A DNA stretch of 64,000 bases from Leptogorgia sarmentosa (Eukaryota), in contig OZ210884.1 of assembly GCA_964658305.1 (NCBI GenBank), positions 2,480,001-2,544,000 on the forward strand. Direction: 5' to 3'. The position numbers were made by a program, and so were the translations under genes. This document shows, in pieces, positions 27,701 through 42,260 of this stretch; position 1 is the first letter of the stretch; each line of letters begins with the position of its first letter. The notes under the pieces were generated by a model that saw only the letters and a program-made list of their open reading frames with translations, was not told where the DNA came from and ran no database searches.

Positions 27701-28967
27701 CCTGGTATGGTATATTTGCTATTGCTCCTGTTGAGATTCCTTTGAAACAACGGGCTACCCATCATAATGCCCTTGCTCGTATTTTTATAACAGGTTTACG
27801 AAATTTACGCTGTACATTGCTCTTGGCGATGGTGAAAAGGCATGGTAAATTTGGTGGCGACACCATTCAAAATGGAAGCCACAGAAGCAATCAAGTCCCT
27901 TCACCTGGTATGGTATATTTGCTATTGCTCCTGTTGAGATTCCTTTGAAACAACGGGCTACCAATCATCATGCCCTTGCTCGTATTTTTATCACAGGTTT
28001 ACGAAATTTACGCTGCACATTGCTCTTGGCATGGTAAATACGCATGGTAAATTTGGTGGCGACACCATTCAAAATGGAAGCCACAGAAGCAATCAAGTCC
28101 CTTCACCTGGTATGGTATATTTGCTATTGCTCCTGTTGAGATTCCTTTGAAACAACGGGCTACCAATCATCATGCCCTTGCTCGTATTTTTATCACAGGT
28201 TTACGAAATTTACGCTGCACATTGCTCTTGGCATGGCGAATACGCATGGTAAGTTTGGTGGCGACACCATTCAAAATGGAAGCTACAGAAGCAATCAAGT
28301 CCCTTCACCTGGTATGGTATCTTTGCTATTGCTCCTGGTGAGATTCCTTTGAAACAACGGGCTACCCATCATCATGCCCTTGCTCGTATTTTTATCACAG
28401 GTTTACGAAATTTTCGCTGCACATTGCTCTTGGCATGGTGAATACGCATGGTAAATTCGGTGGCGACACCATTCAAAATCGAAGCCACAGAAGCAATCAA
28501 GTCCCTTCTCCTGGTATGGTAAATTTGCTATTGCTCCTGTTGAGATTCCTTTGAAACAACGGGCTACCCATCATCATGCCCTTGCTCGTATTTTTATCAC
28601 AGGTTTACGAAATTTACGCTGCACATTGCTCTTGGCAAGGTGAATACGCATGGTAAATTTGGTGGCGACACCATTCAAAATGGAAGCCACAGAAGCAATC
28701 AAGTCCCTTCACCTGGTATGGTATATTTGCTATTGCTATTGCTCAAGTTGAGATTCCTTTGAAACAACGGGCTACCCATCATCATGCCCTTGCTCGTATT
28801 TTTATCACAGGTTTACGAAATTTTCGTTGCACATTGCTCTTGGCATGGTGAATACGCATGGTAAATTTGGTGGCGACACCATTCAAAATAGAAGACACAG
28901 AAGCAATCAAGTCCCTTCACCTGGTATGGTATATTTGCTATTGCTATTGCTCCTGTTGAGATTCCTT

Positions 28968-30150
28968 TGAAACAACGGGCTACTCATCATCATGCCCTTG
29001 CTCGTATTTTTATCACAGGTTTACGAAATTTTCGCTGCACATTGCTCTTGGCATGGTGAATACGCATGGTAATTTTGGTGGCGACACCATTCAAAATGGA
29101 AGCCACAGAAGCAATCAAGTCCCTTCACCTGGTATGGTATATTTGCTATTGCTATTGCTCCTGTTGAGATTCCCTTGAAACAACGGGCTACCCATCATCA
29201 TGCCCTTGCTCGTATTTTTATCACAGGTTTACGAATTTTGGCTGCGCATTGCTCTTGGCATGGTGAATACGCATGGTAAATTTGGTGGCGACACCATTCA
29301 AAATGGAAGCCACAGAAGCAGTCAAGTCCCTTCACCTGGGATGGTATATTTGCTATTGCTATTGCTCCTGTTGAGATTCCTTTGAAACAACGGGCTACCC
29401 ATCATCATGCCCTTGCTCGTATTTTTATCACAGGTTTACGAAATTTTCGCTGCGCATTGCTCTTGGCATGGTGAATACGCATGGTAAATTTGGTGGCGAC
29501 ACCATTCAAAATGGAAGCCACAGAAGCAATCAAGTCCCTTCACCTGGTATGGTATATTTGCTATTGCTATTGCTCCTGTTGAGATTCCTTTGAAACAACG
29601 GGCTACTCATCATCATGCCCTTGCTCGTATTTTTATCACAGGTTTACGAAATTTTCGCTGCACATTGCTCTTGGCATGGTGAATACGCATGGTAATTTTG
29701 GTGGCGACACCATTCAAAATGGAAGCCACAGAAGCAATCAAGTCCCTTCACCTGGTATGGTATATTTGCTATTGCTATTGCTCCTGTTGAGATTCCTTTG
29801 AAACAACGGGCTACCCATCATCATGCCCTTGCTCGTATTTTTATCACAGGTTTACGAATTTTGGCTGCGCATTGCTCTTGGCATGGTGAATACGCATGGT
29901 AAATTTGGTGGCGACACCATTCAAAATGGAAGCCACAGAAGCAGTCAAGTCCCTTCACCTGGGATGGTATATTTGCTATTGCTATTGCTCCTGTTGAGAT
30001 TCCTTTGAAACAACGGGCTACCCATCATCATGCCCTTGCTCGTATTTTTATCACAGGTTTACGAAATTTTCGCTGCGCATTGCTCTTGGCATGGTGAATA
30101 CGCATGGTAAATTTGGTGGCGACACCATTCAAAATGGAAGCCACAGAAGC
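28968..30150. repeat. 3-mer HOR, 623 bp x2
   Basis: TACTCATC at 28981/29604; GGTAATTTTGG and GAATTTTGGCT repeat at +623 (ORFs 29200/29823). Confidence 0.85.
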
Positions 30151-31639
30151 AATCAAGTCCCTTCTCCTGGTATGGTATATTTGCTATTGCTCCTGTTGAG
30201 ATTCCTTTGAAACAACGGGCTACCCATCATCATGCCCTTGCTCGTATTTTTATCACAGGTTTACGAAATTTACGCTGCACATTGCTCTTGGCATGGTGAA
30301 TACGCATGGTAAATTTGGTGGCGACACCATTCAAAATGGAAGCCACAGAAGCAATCAAGTCCCTTCACCTGGTATTTGCTATTGCTATTGCTCCTGTTGA
30401 GATTCCTTTGAAACAACGGGCTACCCATCATCATGCCCTTGCTCGTATTTTTATCACAGGTTTACGAAATCTACGCTGCACATTGCTCTTGGCATGGTCA
30501 ATACGCATGGTAAATTTGGTGGCGACACCATTCAAAATGGAAGCCACAGAAGCAATCAAGTCCCTTCACCTGGTATGGTATATTTGCTATTGCTCCTGTT
30601 GAGATTCCTTTGAAACAACGGGCTACCAATCATCATGCCCTTGCTCGCATTTTTATCACAGGTTTACGAAAATTACGCTGCACATTGCTCTTGGCATGGT
30701 GAATACGCATGGTAAATTTGGTGGCGACACCATTCAAAATGGAAGCCACAGAAGCAATCAAGTCCCTTCACCTGGTATGGTATATTTGCTATTGCTATTG
30801 CTCCAGTTGAGATTCCTTTGAAACAACGGGCTACCCATCATCATGCCCTTGCTCGTATTTTTATCACAGTTTTACGAAATTTTCGCTGCACATTGCTCTT
30901 GGCATGGTGAATACGCATGGTAAATTTGGTGGCGACACCATTCAAAATGGAAGCCACAGAAGCAATCAAGTCCCTTCTCCTGGTATGGTATATTTGCTAT
31001 TGCTCCTGTTGAGATTCCTTTGAAACAACGGGCTACCCATCATCATGCCCTTGCTCGTATTTTTATCACAAGTTTACGAAATTTACGCTGCACATTGCTC
31101 TTGGCATGGTGAATACGCATGGTAAATTTGGTGGCGACACCATTCAAAATGGAAGCCACAGAAGCAATCAAGTCCCTTCACCTGGTATGGTATATTTGCT
31201 ATTGCTCCTGTTGAGATTCCTTTGAAACAACGGGCTACCACTCATCATGCCCTTGCTCGTATTTTTATCACAGGTTTACGAAATTTACGCTGCACATTGC
31301 TCTTGGCATGGTGAATACGCATGGTAAATTTGGTGGCGACACCATTCAAAATGGAAGCCACAGAAGCAATCAAGTCCCTTCACCTGGTATGGTATATTTG
31401 CTATTGCTATTGCTCCTGTTGAGATTCCTTTGAAACAATGGGCTACCCATCATAATGCCCTTGCTCGTATTTTTATCACAGGTTTACGGAATTTTCGCTA
31501 CACATTGCTCTTGGCATGGTGAATACGCATGGTAAATTTGGTGGCGACACCATTCAAAATGGAAGCCACAGAAGCAATCAAGTCCCTTCACCTGGTATGG
31601 TATATTTGCTGTTGCTATTGCTCCTGTTGAGATTCCTTT

Positions 31640-34600
31640 GAAACAACGGGCTACCCATCATCATGCCCTTGCTCTTATTTTTATCACAGGTTTACGAAAT
31701 TTTCGCTGCACATTGCTCTTGGCATGGTGAAAACGCATGGTAAATTTGGTGGCGACACCATTCAAAATGGAAGCCACAGAAGCAATCAAGTCCCTTCACC
31801 TGGTATGGTATATTTGCTATTGCTATTGCTCCTGTTGAGATTCCGTTGAAACAACGGGCTACCCATCATCATGCCCTTGCTCGTATTTTTATCACAGGGT
31901 TACGAAATTTTCGCTGCACATTGCTCTTGGCGATAGTGAATACGCATGGTAAATTTGGTGGCGACACCATTCAAAATGGAAGCCACAGAAGCAATCAAGT
32001 CCCTTCACCTGGTATGGTATATTTGCTATTGCTATTGCTCCTGTTGAGATTGCTTTGAAACAACGGGCTACCCATCATCATGCCCTTGCTCGTATTTTTA
32101 TCACAGGTTTACGAACTTTTCCCAGCACATTGCCCCTGGCATGGTGAATACGCATGGTAAATTTGGTGGCGACACCACTCAAAATGGAAGCCACTGAAGG
32201 AATCAAGTCCCTTCACCTGGTATGGTATATTTGCTATTGCTATTGCTCCTCTTGAGATTCCTTTGAAACAACGGGCTACCCATCATCATGCCCTTGCTCG
32301 TATTTTTATCACAGGTTTACGAAATTTTCGCTGCACATTGCTCTTGGCGATGGTGAATACGCATGGTAAATTTGGTGGCGACACCATTCAAAATGGAAGC
32401 CATAGAAGCAATCAAGTTCCTTCACCTGGTATGGTATATTTGCTATTGCTATTGCTCCTGTTGAGATTCCTTTGAAACAACGGGCTACCCATCATCATGC
32501 CCTTGCTCGTATTTTTATCACAGGTTTACGGAATTTTCGCTGCACATTGCTCTTGGCGATGGTGAATACGCATGGTATATTTGGTGGCGAAACCATTCAA
32601 AATGGAAGCCACAGAAGCAATCAAGTCCCTTCACCTGGTATGGTATATTTGCTATTGCTATTGCTCCTGTTGAGATTCCTTAGAAACAACGGGCTACCCA
32701 TCATCATGCCCTTGCTGGTATTTTTATCACAGGTTTACGAAATTTTCGCTGCACATTGCTCTTGGCGATGGTGAATACGCATGGTAAATTTGGTGGCGAC
32801 ACCATTCAAAATGGAAGCCACAGAAGCAATCAAGTCCCTTCACCTGGTATGGTATATTTGCTATTGCTATTGCTCCTGTTGAGATTCCTTTGAAACAACG
32901 GGCTACCCATCATCATGCCCTTGCTCGTATTTTTATCACAGGTTTACGAAATTTTCGCTGCATATTGCTCTTGGCGATGGTGAATACGCATGGTAAATTT
33001 GGTGGCGACACCATTCAAAATGGAAGCCACAGAAGCAATCAAGTTCCTTCACCTGGTATGGTATATTTGCTATTGCTATTGCTCCTGTTGAGATTCCTTT
33101 GAAACAACGGGCTACCCATCATCATGCCCTTGCTCGTATTTTTATCACAGGTTTACGAACTTTTCCCAGCACATTGCCCCTGGCATGGTGAATACGCATG
33201 GTAAATTTGGTGGCGACACCACTCAAAATGGAAGCCACAGAAGCAATCAAGTCCCTTCACCTGGTATGGTATATTTGCTATTGCTATTGCTCCTCTTGAG
33301 ATTCCTTTGAAACAACGGGCTACCCATCATCATGCCCTTGCTCGTATTTTTATCACAGGTTTACGAAATTTTCGCTGCACATTGCTCTTGGCGATGGTGA
33401 ATACGCATGGTAAATTTGGTGGCGACACCATTCAAAATGGAAGCCACAGAAGCAATCAAGTCCCTTCACCTGGTATGGTATATTTGCTGTTGCTATTGCT
33501 CCTGTTGAGATTCCTTTGAAACAACGGGCTACCCATCATCATGCCCTTGCTCTTATTTTTATCACAGGTTTACGAAATTTTCGCTGCACATTGCTCTTGG
33601 CATGGTGAATACGCATGGTAAATTTGGTGGCGACACCATTCAAAATGGAAGCCACAGAAGCAATCAAGTACCTTCACCTGGTATGGTATATTTGCTATTG
33701 CTATTGCTCCTGTTGAGATTCCGTTGAAACAACGGGCTACCCATCATCATGCCCTTGCTCGTATTTTTATCACAGGTTTACGAAATTTTCGCTGCACATT
33801 GCTCTTGGCGATAGTGAATACGCATGGTAAATTTGGTGGCGACACCATTCAAAATGGAAGCCACAGAAGCAATCAAGTCCCTTCACCTGGTATGGTATAT
33901 TTGCTATTGCTATTGCTCCTGTTGAGATTGCTTTGAAACAACGGGCTACCCATCATCATGCCCTTGCTCGTATTTTTATCACAGGTTTACGAACTTTTCC
34001 CAGCACATTGCCCCTGGCATGGTGAATACGCATGGTAAATTTGGTGGCGACACCACTCAAAATGGAAGCCACAGAAGCAATCAAGTCCCTTCACCTGGTA
34101 TGGTATATTTGCTATTGCTATTGCTCCTCTTGAGATTCCTTTGAAACAACGGGCTACCCATCATCATGCCCTTGCTCGTATTTTTATCACAGGTTTACGA
34201 AATTTTCGCTGCACATTGCTCTTGGCGATGGTGAATACGCATGGTAAATTTGGTGGCGACACCATTCAAAATGGAAGCCACAGAAGCAATCAAGTTCCTT
34301 CACCTGGTATGGTATATTTGCTATTGCTATTGCTCCTGTTGAGATTCCTTTGAAACAACGGGCTACCCATCATCATGCCCTTGCTCGTATTTTTATCACA
34401 GGTTTACGGAATTTTCGCTGCACATTGCTCTTGGCGATGGTGAATACGCATGGTATATTTGGTGGCGAAACCATTCAAAATGGAAGCCACAGAAGCAATC
34501 AAGTCCCTTCACCTGGTATGGTATATTTGCTATTGCTATTGCTCCTGTTGAGATTCCTTAGAAACAACGGGCTACCCATCATCATGCCCTTGCTGGTATT

Positions 34601-37060
34601 TTTATCACAGGTTTACGAAATTTTCGCTGCACATTGCTCTTGGCGATGGTGAATACGCATGGTAAATTTGGTGGCGACACCATTCAAAATGGAAGCCACA
34701 GAAGCAATCAAGTCCCTTCACCTGGTATGGTATATTTGCTATTGCTATTGCTCCTGTTGAGATTCCTTAGAAACAACGGGCTACCCATCATCATGCCCTT
34801 GCTGGTATTTTTATCACAGGTTTACGAAATTTTCGCTGCACATTGCTCTTGGCGATGGTGAATACGCATGGTAAATTTGGTGGCGACACCATTCAAAATG
34901 GAAGCCACAGAAGCAATCAAGTCCCTTCACCTGGTATGGTATATTTGCTATTGCTATTGCTCCTGTTGAGATTCCTTTGAAACAACGGGCTACCCATCAT
35001 CATGCCCTTGCTCGTATTTTTATCACAGGTTTACGAAATTTTCGCTGCATATTGCTCTTGGCGATGGTGAATACGCATTGTAAATTTGGTGGCGACACCA
35101 TTCAAAATGGAAGCCACAGAAGCAATCAAGTCCCTTCACCTGGTATGGTATATTTGCTACTGCTATTGCTCCTGTTGAGATTGCTTTGAAACAACGGGCT
35201 ACCCATCATCATGCCCTTGCTCGTATTTTTATCACAGGTTTACGAACTTTTCCCTGCACATTGCCCCTGGCATGGTGAATACGCATGGAAAATTTGGTGG
35301 CGACACCATTCAAAATGGAAGCCACAGAAGCAATCAAGTCCCTTCACCTGGTATGGTATATTTGCTATTGCTATTGCTCCTGTTGAGGTTCCTTTGAAAC
35401 AACGGGCTACCCATCATCATGCCCTTGCTTGTATTTTTATCACAGGTTTACGGAATTTTCGCTACACATTGCTCTTGGCATGGTGAATACGCATGGTAAA
35501 TTTGGTGGCGACACCATTCAAAATGGAAGCCACAGAAGCAATCAAGTCCCTTCACCTGGTATGGTATATTTGCTATTGCTATTGCTCCTGTTGAGATTCC
35601 TTTGAAACAACGGGCTACCCATCATCATGCCCTTGCTCGTATTTTTATCACAGGTTTACGGAATTTTCGCTACACATTGCTCTTGGCATGGTGAATACGC
35701 ATGGTAAATTTGGTGGCGACACCATTCAAAATGGAAGCCACAGAAGCAATCAAGTCCCTTCACATGGTATGGTATATTTGCTGTTGCTATTGCTCCTGTT
35801 GAGATTCCTTTGAAACAACGGGCTACCCATCATCATGCCCTTGCTCTTATTTTTATCACAGGTTTAGGAAATTTTCGCTGCACATTGCTCTTGGCATGGT
35901 GAATACGCATGGTAAATTTGGTGGCGACACCATTCAAAATGGAAGCCACAGAAGCAATCAAGTCCCTTCACCTGGTATGGTATATTTGCTATTGCTATTG
36001 CTCCTGTTGAGATTCCGTTGAAACAACGGGCTACCCATCATCATGCCCTTGCTCGTATTTTTATCACAGGTTTACGAAATTTTCGCTGCACATTGCTCTT
36101 GGCGTTGGTGAATACGCATGGTAAATTTGGTGGCGACACCATTCAAAATGGAAGCCACAGAAGCAATCAAGTCCCTTCAACTGGTATGGTATATTTGCTA
36201 TTGCTATTGCTCCTGTTGAGATTGCTTTGAAACAACGGGCTACCCATCATCATGCCCTTGGTCGTATTTTTATCACAGGTTTACGAACTTTTCCCAGCAC
36301 ATTGCCCCTGGCATGGTGAATACGCATGGTAAATTTGGTGGCGACACCATTCAAAATGGAAGCCACAGAAGCAATCAAGTCCCTTCACCTGGTATGGTAT
36401 ATTTGCTATTGCTATTGCTCCTGTTGAGATTCCTTTGAAACAACGGGCTACCCATCATCATGCCCTTGCTCGTATTTTTATCACAAGTGTACGAAATTTT
36501 CGCTGCACATTGCTCTTGGCGATGGTGAATACGCATGGTAAATTTGGTGGCGACACCATTCAAAATGGAAGCCACAGAAGCAATCAAGTTCCTTCACCTG
36601 GTATGGTATATTTGCTATTGCTATTGCTCCTGTTGAGATTCCTTTGAAACAACGGGCTACCCATCATCATGCCCTTGCTCGTATTTTTATGACAGGTTTA
36701 CGGAATTTTCGCTGCACATTGCTCTTGGCGATGGTGAATACGCATGGTATATTTGGTGGCGACACCATTCAAAATGGAAGCCACAGAAGCAATCAAGTCC
36801 CTTCACCTGGTATGGTATATTTGCTATTGCTATTGCTCCTGTTGAGATTCCTTAGAAACAACGGGCTACCCATCATCATGCCCTTGCTGGTATTTTTATC
36901 ACAGGTTTACGAAATTTTCGCTGCACATTGCTCTTGGCGATGGTGAATACGCATGGTAAATTTGGTGGCGACACCATTCAAAATGGAAGCCACAGAAGCA
37001 ATCAAGTCCCTTCACCTGGTATGGTATATTTGCTATTGCTATTGCTCCTGTTGAGATTCC
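31640..37060. repeat. Variable-length HOR: related units offset by 1878 bp (9-mer) then 2294 bp (11-mer)
   Basis: ORF series 31846/33724/36018, 32263/34141/36435 and 32472/34350/36644. Markers GCTCTTAT, TCCGTTG, TTTCCCAGC, AAGTTCC, CCTTAGAA, GCTGGTA. Confidence 0.85.
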
Positions 37061-37061
37061 T

Positions 37062-40000
37062 TTGAAACAACGGGCTACCCATCATCATGCCCTTGCTCGT
37101 ATTTTTATCACAGGTTTACGAAATTTTCGCTGCATATTGCTCTTGGCGATGGTGAATACGCATGGTAAATTTGATGGCGACACCATTCAAAATGGAAGCC
37201 ACAGAAGCAATCAAGTCCCTTCACCTGGTATGGTATATTTGCTACTGCTATTGCTCCTGTTGAGATTGCTTTGAAACAACGGGCTACCCATCATCATGCC
37301 CTTGCTCGTATTTTTATCACAGGTTTACGAACTTTTCCCTGCACATTGCCCCTGACATGGTGAATACGCATGGTAAATTTGGTGGCGACACCATTCAAAA
37401 TGGAAGCCACAGAAGCAATCAAGTCCCTTCACCTGGTATGGTATATTTGCTATGGCTATTGCTCCTGTTGAGATTCCTTTGAAACAACGGGCTACCCATC
37501 ATCATGCCCTTGCTCGTATTTTTATCACAGGTTTACGACATTTTCGCTGCACATTGCTCTTGGCATGGTGAATACGCATGGTAAATTTGGTGGCGACACC
37601 ATTCAAAATGGAAGCCACAGAAGCAATCATGTCCTTCACCTGGTATGGTATATTTGCTATTGCTATTGCTCCTGTTGAGATTCTTTGAAACAACGGGCTA
37701 CCCATCATCATGCCATTGCTCGTATTTTTATCACGGGTTTACGACATTTTCGCTGCACATTGCTCTTGGCATGGTGAATACGCATGGTAAATTTGGTTGC
37801 GACACCATTCAAAATGGAAGCCACAGAAGCAATCAAGTCCCTTCACCTGGTATGGTATATTCGCTATTGCTATTGCTCCTGTTGAGATTCCTTTGAAACA
37901 ACGGGCTACCCATTATCATGCCCTTGCTCGTATTTTTATCACAGGTTTACGGAATTTTCGCTACACATTGCTCTTGGCATGGTGAATACGCATGGTAAAT
38001 TTGGTGGCGACACCATTCAAAATGGAAGCCACAGAAGCAATCAAGTCCCTTCACCTGGTATGGTATATTTGCTATGGCTATTGCTCCTGTTGAGATTCCT
38101 TTGAAACAACGGGCTACCCATCATCATGCCCTTGCTCGTATTTTTATCACAGGTTTACGACATTTTCGCTGCACATTGCTCTTGGCGTGGTGAATACGCA
38201 TGGTAAATTTGGTGGCGACACCATTCAAAATGGAAGCCACAGAAGCAATCAAGTCCCTTCACCTGGTATGGTATATTTGCTATTGCTATTGCTCCTGTTG
38301 AGATTCCTTTGAAACAACGGGCTACCCATCATCATGCCCTTGCTCGTATTTTTATCACAGGTTTACGGAATTTTCGCTACACATTGCTCTTGGCATGGTG
38401 AATACGCATGGTAAATTTGGTGGCGACACCATTCAAAATGGAAGCCACAGAAGCAATCAAGTCCCTTCACCTGGTATGGTATATTTGCTATTGCTATTGC
38501 TCCTGTTGAGATTCCTTTGAAACAACGGGCTACCCATCATCATGCCCTTGCTCTTATTTTTATCACAGGTTTACGAAATTTTCGCTGCATATTGCTCTTG
38601 GCGATGGTGAATACGCATGGTAAATTTGATGGCGACACCATTCAAAATGGAAGCCACAGAAGCAATCAAGTCCCTTCACCTGGTATGGTATATTTGCTAC
38701 TGCTATTGCTCCTGTTGAGATTGCTTTGAAACAACGGGCTACCCATCATCATGCCCTTGCTCGTATTTTTATCACAGGTTTACGAACTTTTCCCTGCACA
38801 TTGCCCCTGGCATGGTGAATACGCATGGTAAATTTGGTGGCGACACCATTCAAAATGGAAGCCACAGAAGCAATCAAGTCCCTTCACCTGGTATGGTATA
38901 TTTGCTATGGCTATTGCTCCTGTTGAGATTCCTTTGAAACAACGGGCGACCCATCATCATGCCCTTGCTCGTATTTTTATCACAGGTTTACGACATTTTC
39001 GCTGCACATTGCTCTTGGCATGGTGAATACGCATGGTAAATTTTGTGGCGACACCATTCAAAATGGAAGCCACAGAAGCAATCATGTCCTTCACCTGGTA
39101 TGGTATATTTGCTATTGCTATTGCTCCTGTTGAGATTCTTTGAAACAACGGGCTACCCATCATCATGCCATTGCTCGTATTTTTATCACAGGTTTACGAC
39201 ATTTTCGCTGCACATTGCTCTTGGCATGGTGAATACGCATGGTAAATTTGGTTGCGACACCATTCAAAATGGAAGCCACAGAAGCAATCAAGTCCCTTCA
39301 CCTGGTATGGTATATTCGCTATTGCTATTGCTCCTGTTGAGATTCCTTTGAAACAACGGGCTACCCATTAACATGCCCTTGCTCGTATTTTTATCACAGG
39401 TTTACGGAATTTTCGCTACACATTGCTCTTGGCATGGTGAATACGCATGGTAAATTTGGTGGCGACACCATTCAAAATGGAAGCCACAGAAGCAATCAAG
39501 TCCCTTCACCTGGTATGGTATATTTGCTATGGCTATTGCTCCTGTTGAGATTCCTTTGAAACAACGGGCTACCCATCATCATGCCCTTGCTCGTATTTTT
39601 ATCACAGGTTTACGACATTTTCGCTGCACATTGCTCTTGGCGTGGTGAATACGCATGGTAAATTTGGTGGCGACACCATTCAAAATGGAAGCCACAGAAG
39701 CAATCAAGTCCCTTCACCTGGTATGGTATATTTGCTATTGCTATTGCTCCTGTTGAGATTCCTTTGAAACAACGGGCTACCCATCATCATGCCCTTGCTC
39801 GTATTTTTATCACAGGTTTACGGAATTTTCGCTACACATTGCTCTTGGCATGGTGAATACGCATGGTAAATTTGGTGGCGACACCATTCAAAATGGAAGC
39901 CACAGAAGCAATCAAGTCCCTTCACCTGGTATGGTATATTTGCTATTGCTATTGCTCCTGTTGAGATTCCTTTGAAACAACGGGCTACCCATCATCATGC

Positions 40001-41427
40001 CCTTGCTCTTATTTTTATCACAGGTTTACGAAATTTTCGCTGCATATTGCTCTTGGCGATGGTGAATACGCATGGTAAATTTGATGGCGACACCATTCAA
40101 AATGGAAGCCACAGAAGCAATCAAGTCCCTTCACCTGGTATGGTATATTTGCTACTGCTATTGCTCCTGTTGAGATTGCTTTGAAACAACGGGCTACCCA
40201 TCATCATGCCCTTGCTCGTATTTTTATCACAGGTTTACGAACTTTTCCCTGCACATTGCCCCTGGCATGGTGAATACGCATGGTAAATTTGGTGGCGACA
40301 CCATTCAAAATGGAAGCCACAGAAGCAATCAAGTCCCTTCACCTGGTATGGTATATTTGCTATGGCTATTGCTCCTGTTGAGATTCCTTTGAAACAACGG
40401 GCTACCCATCATCATGCCCTTGCTCGTATTTTTATCACAGGTTTACGACATTTTCGCTGCACATTGCTCTTGGCAAGGTGAATACGCATGGTAAATTTGG
40501 TGGCGACACCATTCAAAATGGAAGCCACAGAAGCAATCATGTCCTTCACCTGGTATGGTATATTTGCTATTGCTATTGCTCCTGTTGAGATTCTTTGAAA
40601 CAACGGGCTACCCATCATCATGCCATTGCTCGTATTTTTATCACAGGTTTACGACATTTTCGCTGCACATTGCTCTTGGCATGGTGAATACGCATGGTAA
40701 ATTTGGTTGCGACACCATTCAAAATGGAAGCCACAGAAGCAATCAAGTCCCTTCACCTGGTATGGTATATTCGCTATTGCTATTGCTCCTGTTGAGATTC
40801 CTTTGAAACAACGGGCTACCCATTATCATGCCCTTGCTCGTATTTTTATCACAGGTTTACGGAATTTTCGCTACACATTGCTCTTGGCATGGTGAATACG
40901 CATGGTAAATTTGGTGGCGACACCATTCAAAATGGAAGCCACAGAAGCAATCAAGTCCCTTCACCTGGTATGGTATATTTGCTATGGCTATTGCTCCTGT
41001 TGAGATTCCTTTGAAACAACGGGCTACCCATCATCATGCCCTTGCTCGTATTTTTATCACAGGTTTACGACATTTTCGCTGCACATTGCTCTTGGCGTGG
41101 TGAATACGCATGGTAAATTTGGTGGCGACACCATTCAAAATGGAAGCCACAGAAGCAATCAAGTCCCTTCACCTGGTATAGTATATTTGCTATTGCTATT
41201 GCTCCTGTTGAGATTCCTTTGAAACAACGGGCTACCCATCATCATGCCCTTGCTCGTATTTTTATCACAGGTTTACGGAATTTTCGCTACACATTGCTCT
41301 TGGCATGGTGAATACGCATGGTAAATTTGGTGGCGACACCATTCAAAATGGAAGCCACAGAAGCAATCAAGTCCCTTCACCTGGTATGGTATATTTGCTG
41401 TTGCTATTGCTCCTGTTGAGATTCCTT
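37062..41427. repeat. 7-mer HOR, 1455 bp x3
   Basis: ORFs 37062/38517/39972 and 37502/38957/40412 (+1455). Markers TTGATGGC, AATCATGTCCTT, ATTCGCT, GGCGTGG. Confidence 0.93.
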
Positions 41428-42260
41428 TGAAACAACGGGCTACCCATCATCATGCCCTTGCTCTTATTTTTATCACAGGTTTACGAAATTTTCGCTGCAC
41501 ATTGCTCTTGGCATGGTGAATACGCATGGTAAATTTGGTGGCGACACCATTCAAAATGGAAGCCACAGAAGTAATCAAGTCCCTTCACCTGGTATGGTAT
41601 ATTTGCTATTGCTATTGCTCCTGTTGAGATTCCTTTGAAACAACGGGCTACCCATCATCATGCCCTTGCTCGTATTTTTATCACAGGTTTACGAAATTTT
41701 CGCTGCACATTGCTCTTGGCGATGGTGAATACGCATGGTAAATTTGGTGGCGACACCATTCAAAATGGAAGCCACAGAAGCAATCAAGTCCCTTCACCTG
41801 GTATGGTATATTTGCTATTGCTATTGCTCCTGTTGAGACTCCTTTGAAACAACGGGCTACCCATCATCATGCCCTTGCTCGTATTTTTATCACAGGTTTA
41901 CGAAATTTTCGCTGCGCATTGCTCTTGGCATGGTGAATACGCATGGTAAATTTGGTGGCGACACCATTCAAAATCGAAGCCACAGAAGCAATCAAGTCCC
42001 TTCACCTGGTATGGTATATTTGCTATTGCTATTGCTCCTGTTGAGATTCCTTTGAAACAACGGGCAACCCATCATCATGCCCTTGCTCGTATTTTTATCA
42101 CAGGTTTACGAAATTTTCGCTGCACATTGCTCTTGGAATGGTGAATACGCATGGTAAATTTGGTGGCGACACCATTCAAAATGGAAGCCACAGAAGCAAT
42201 CAAGTCCCTTCACCTGGTATGGTATATTTGCTATTGCTATTGCTCCTGTTGAGATTCCTT

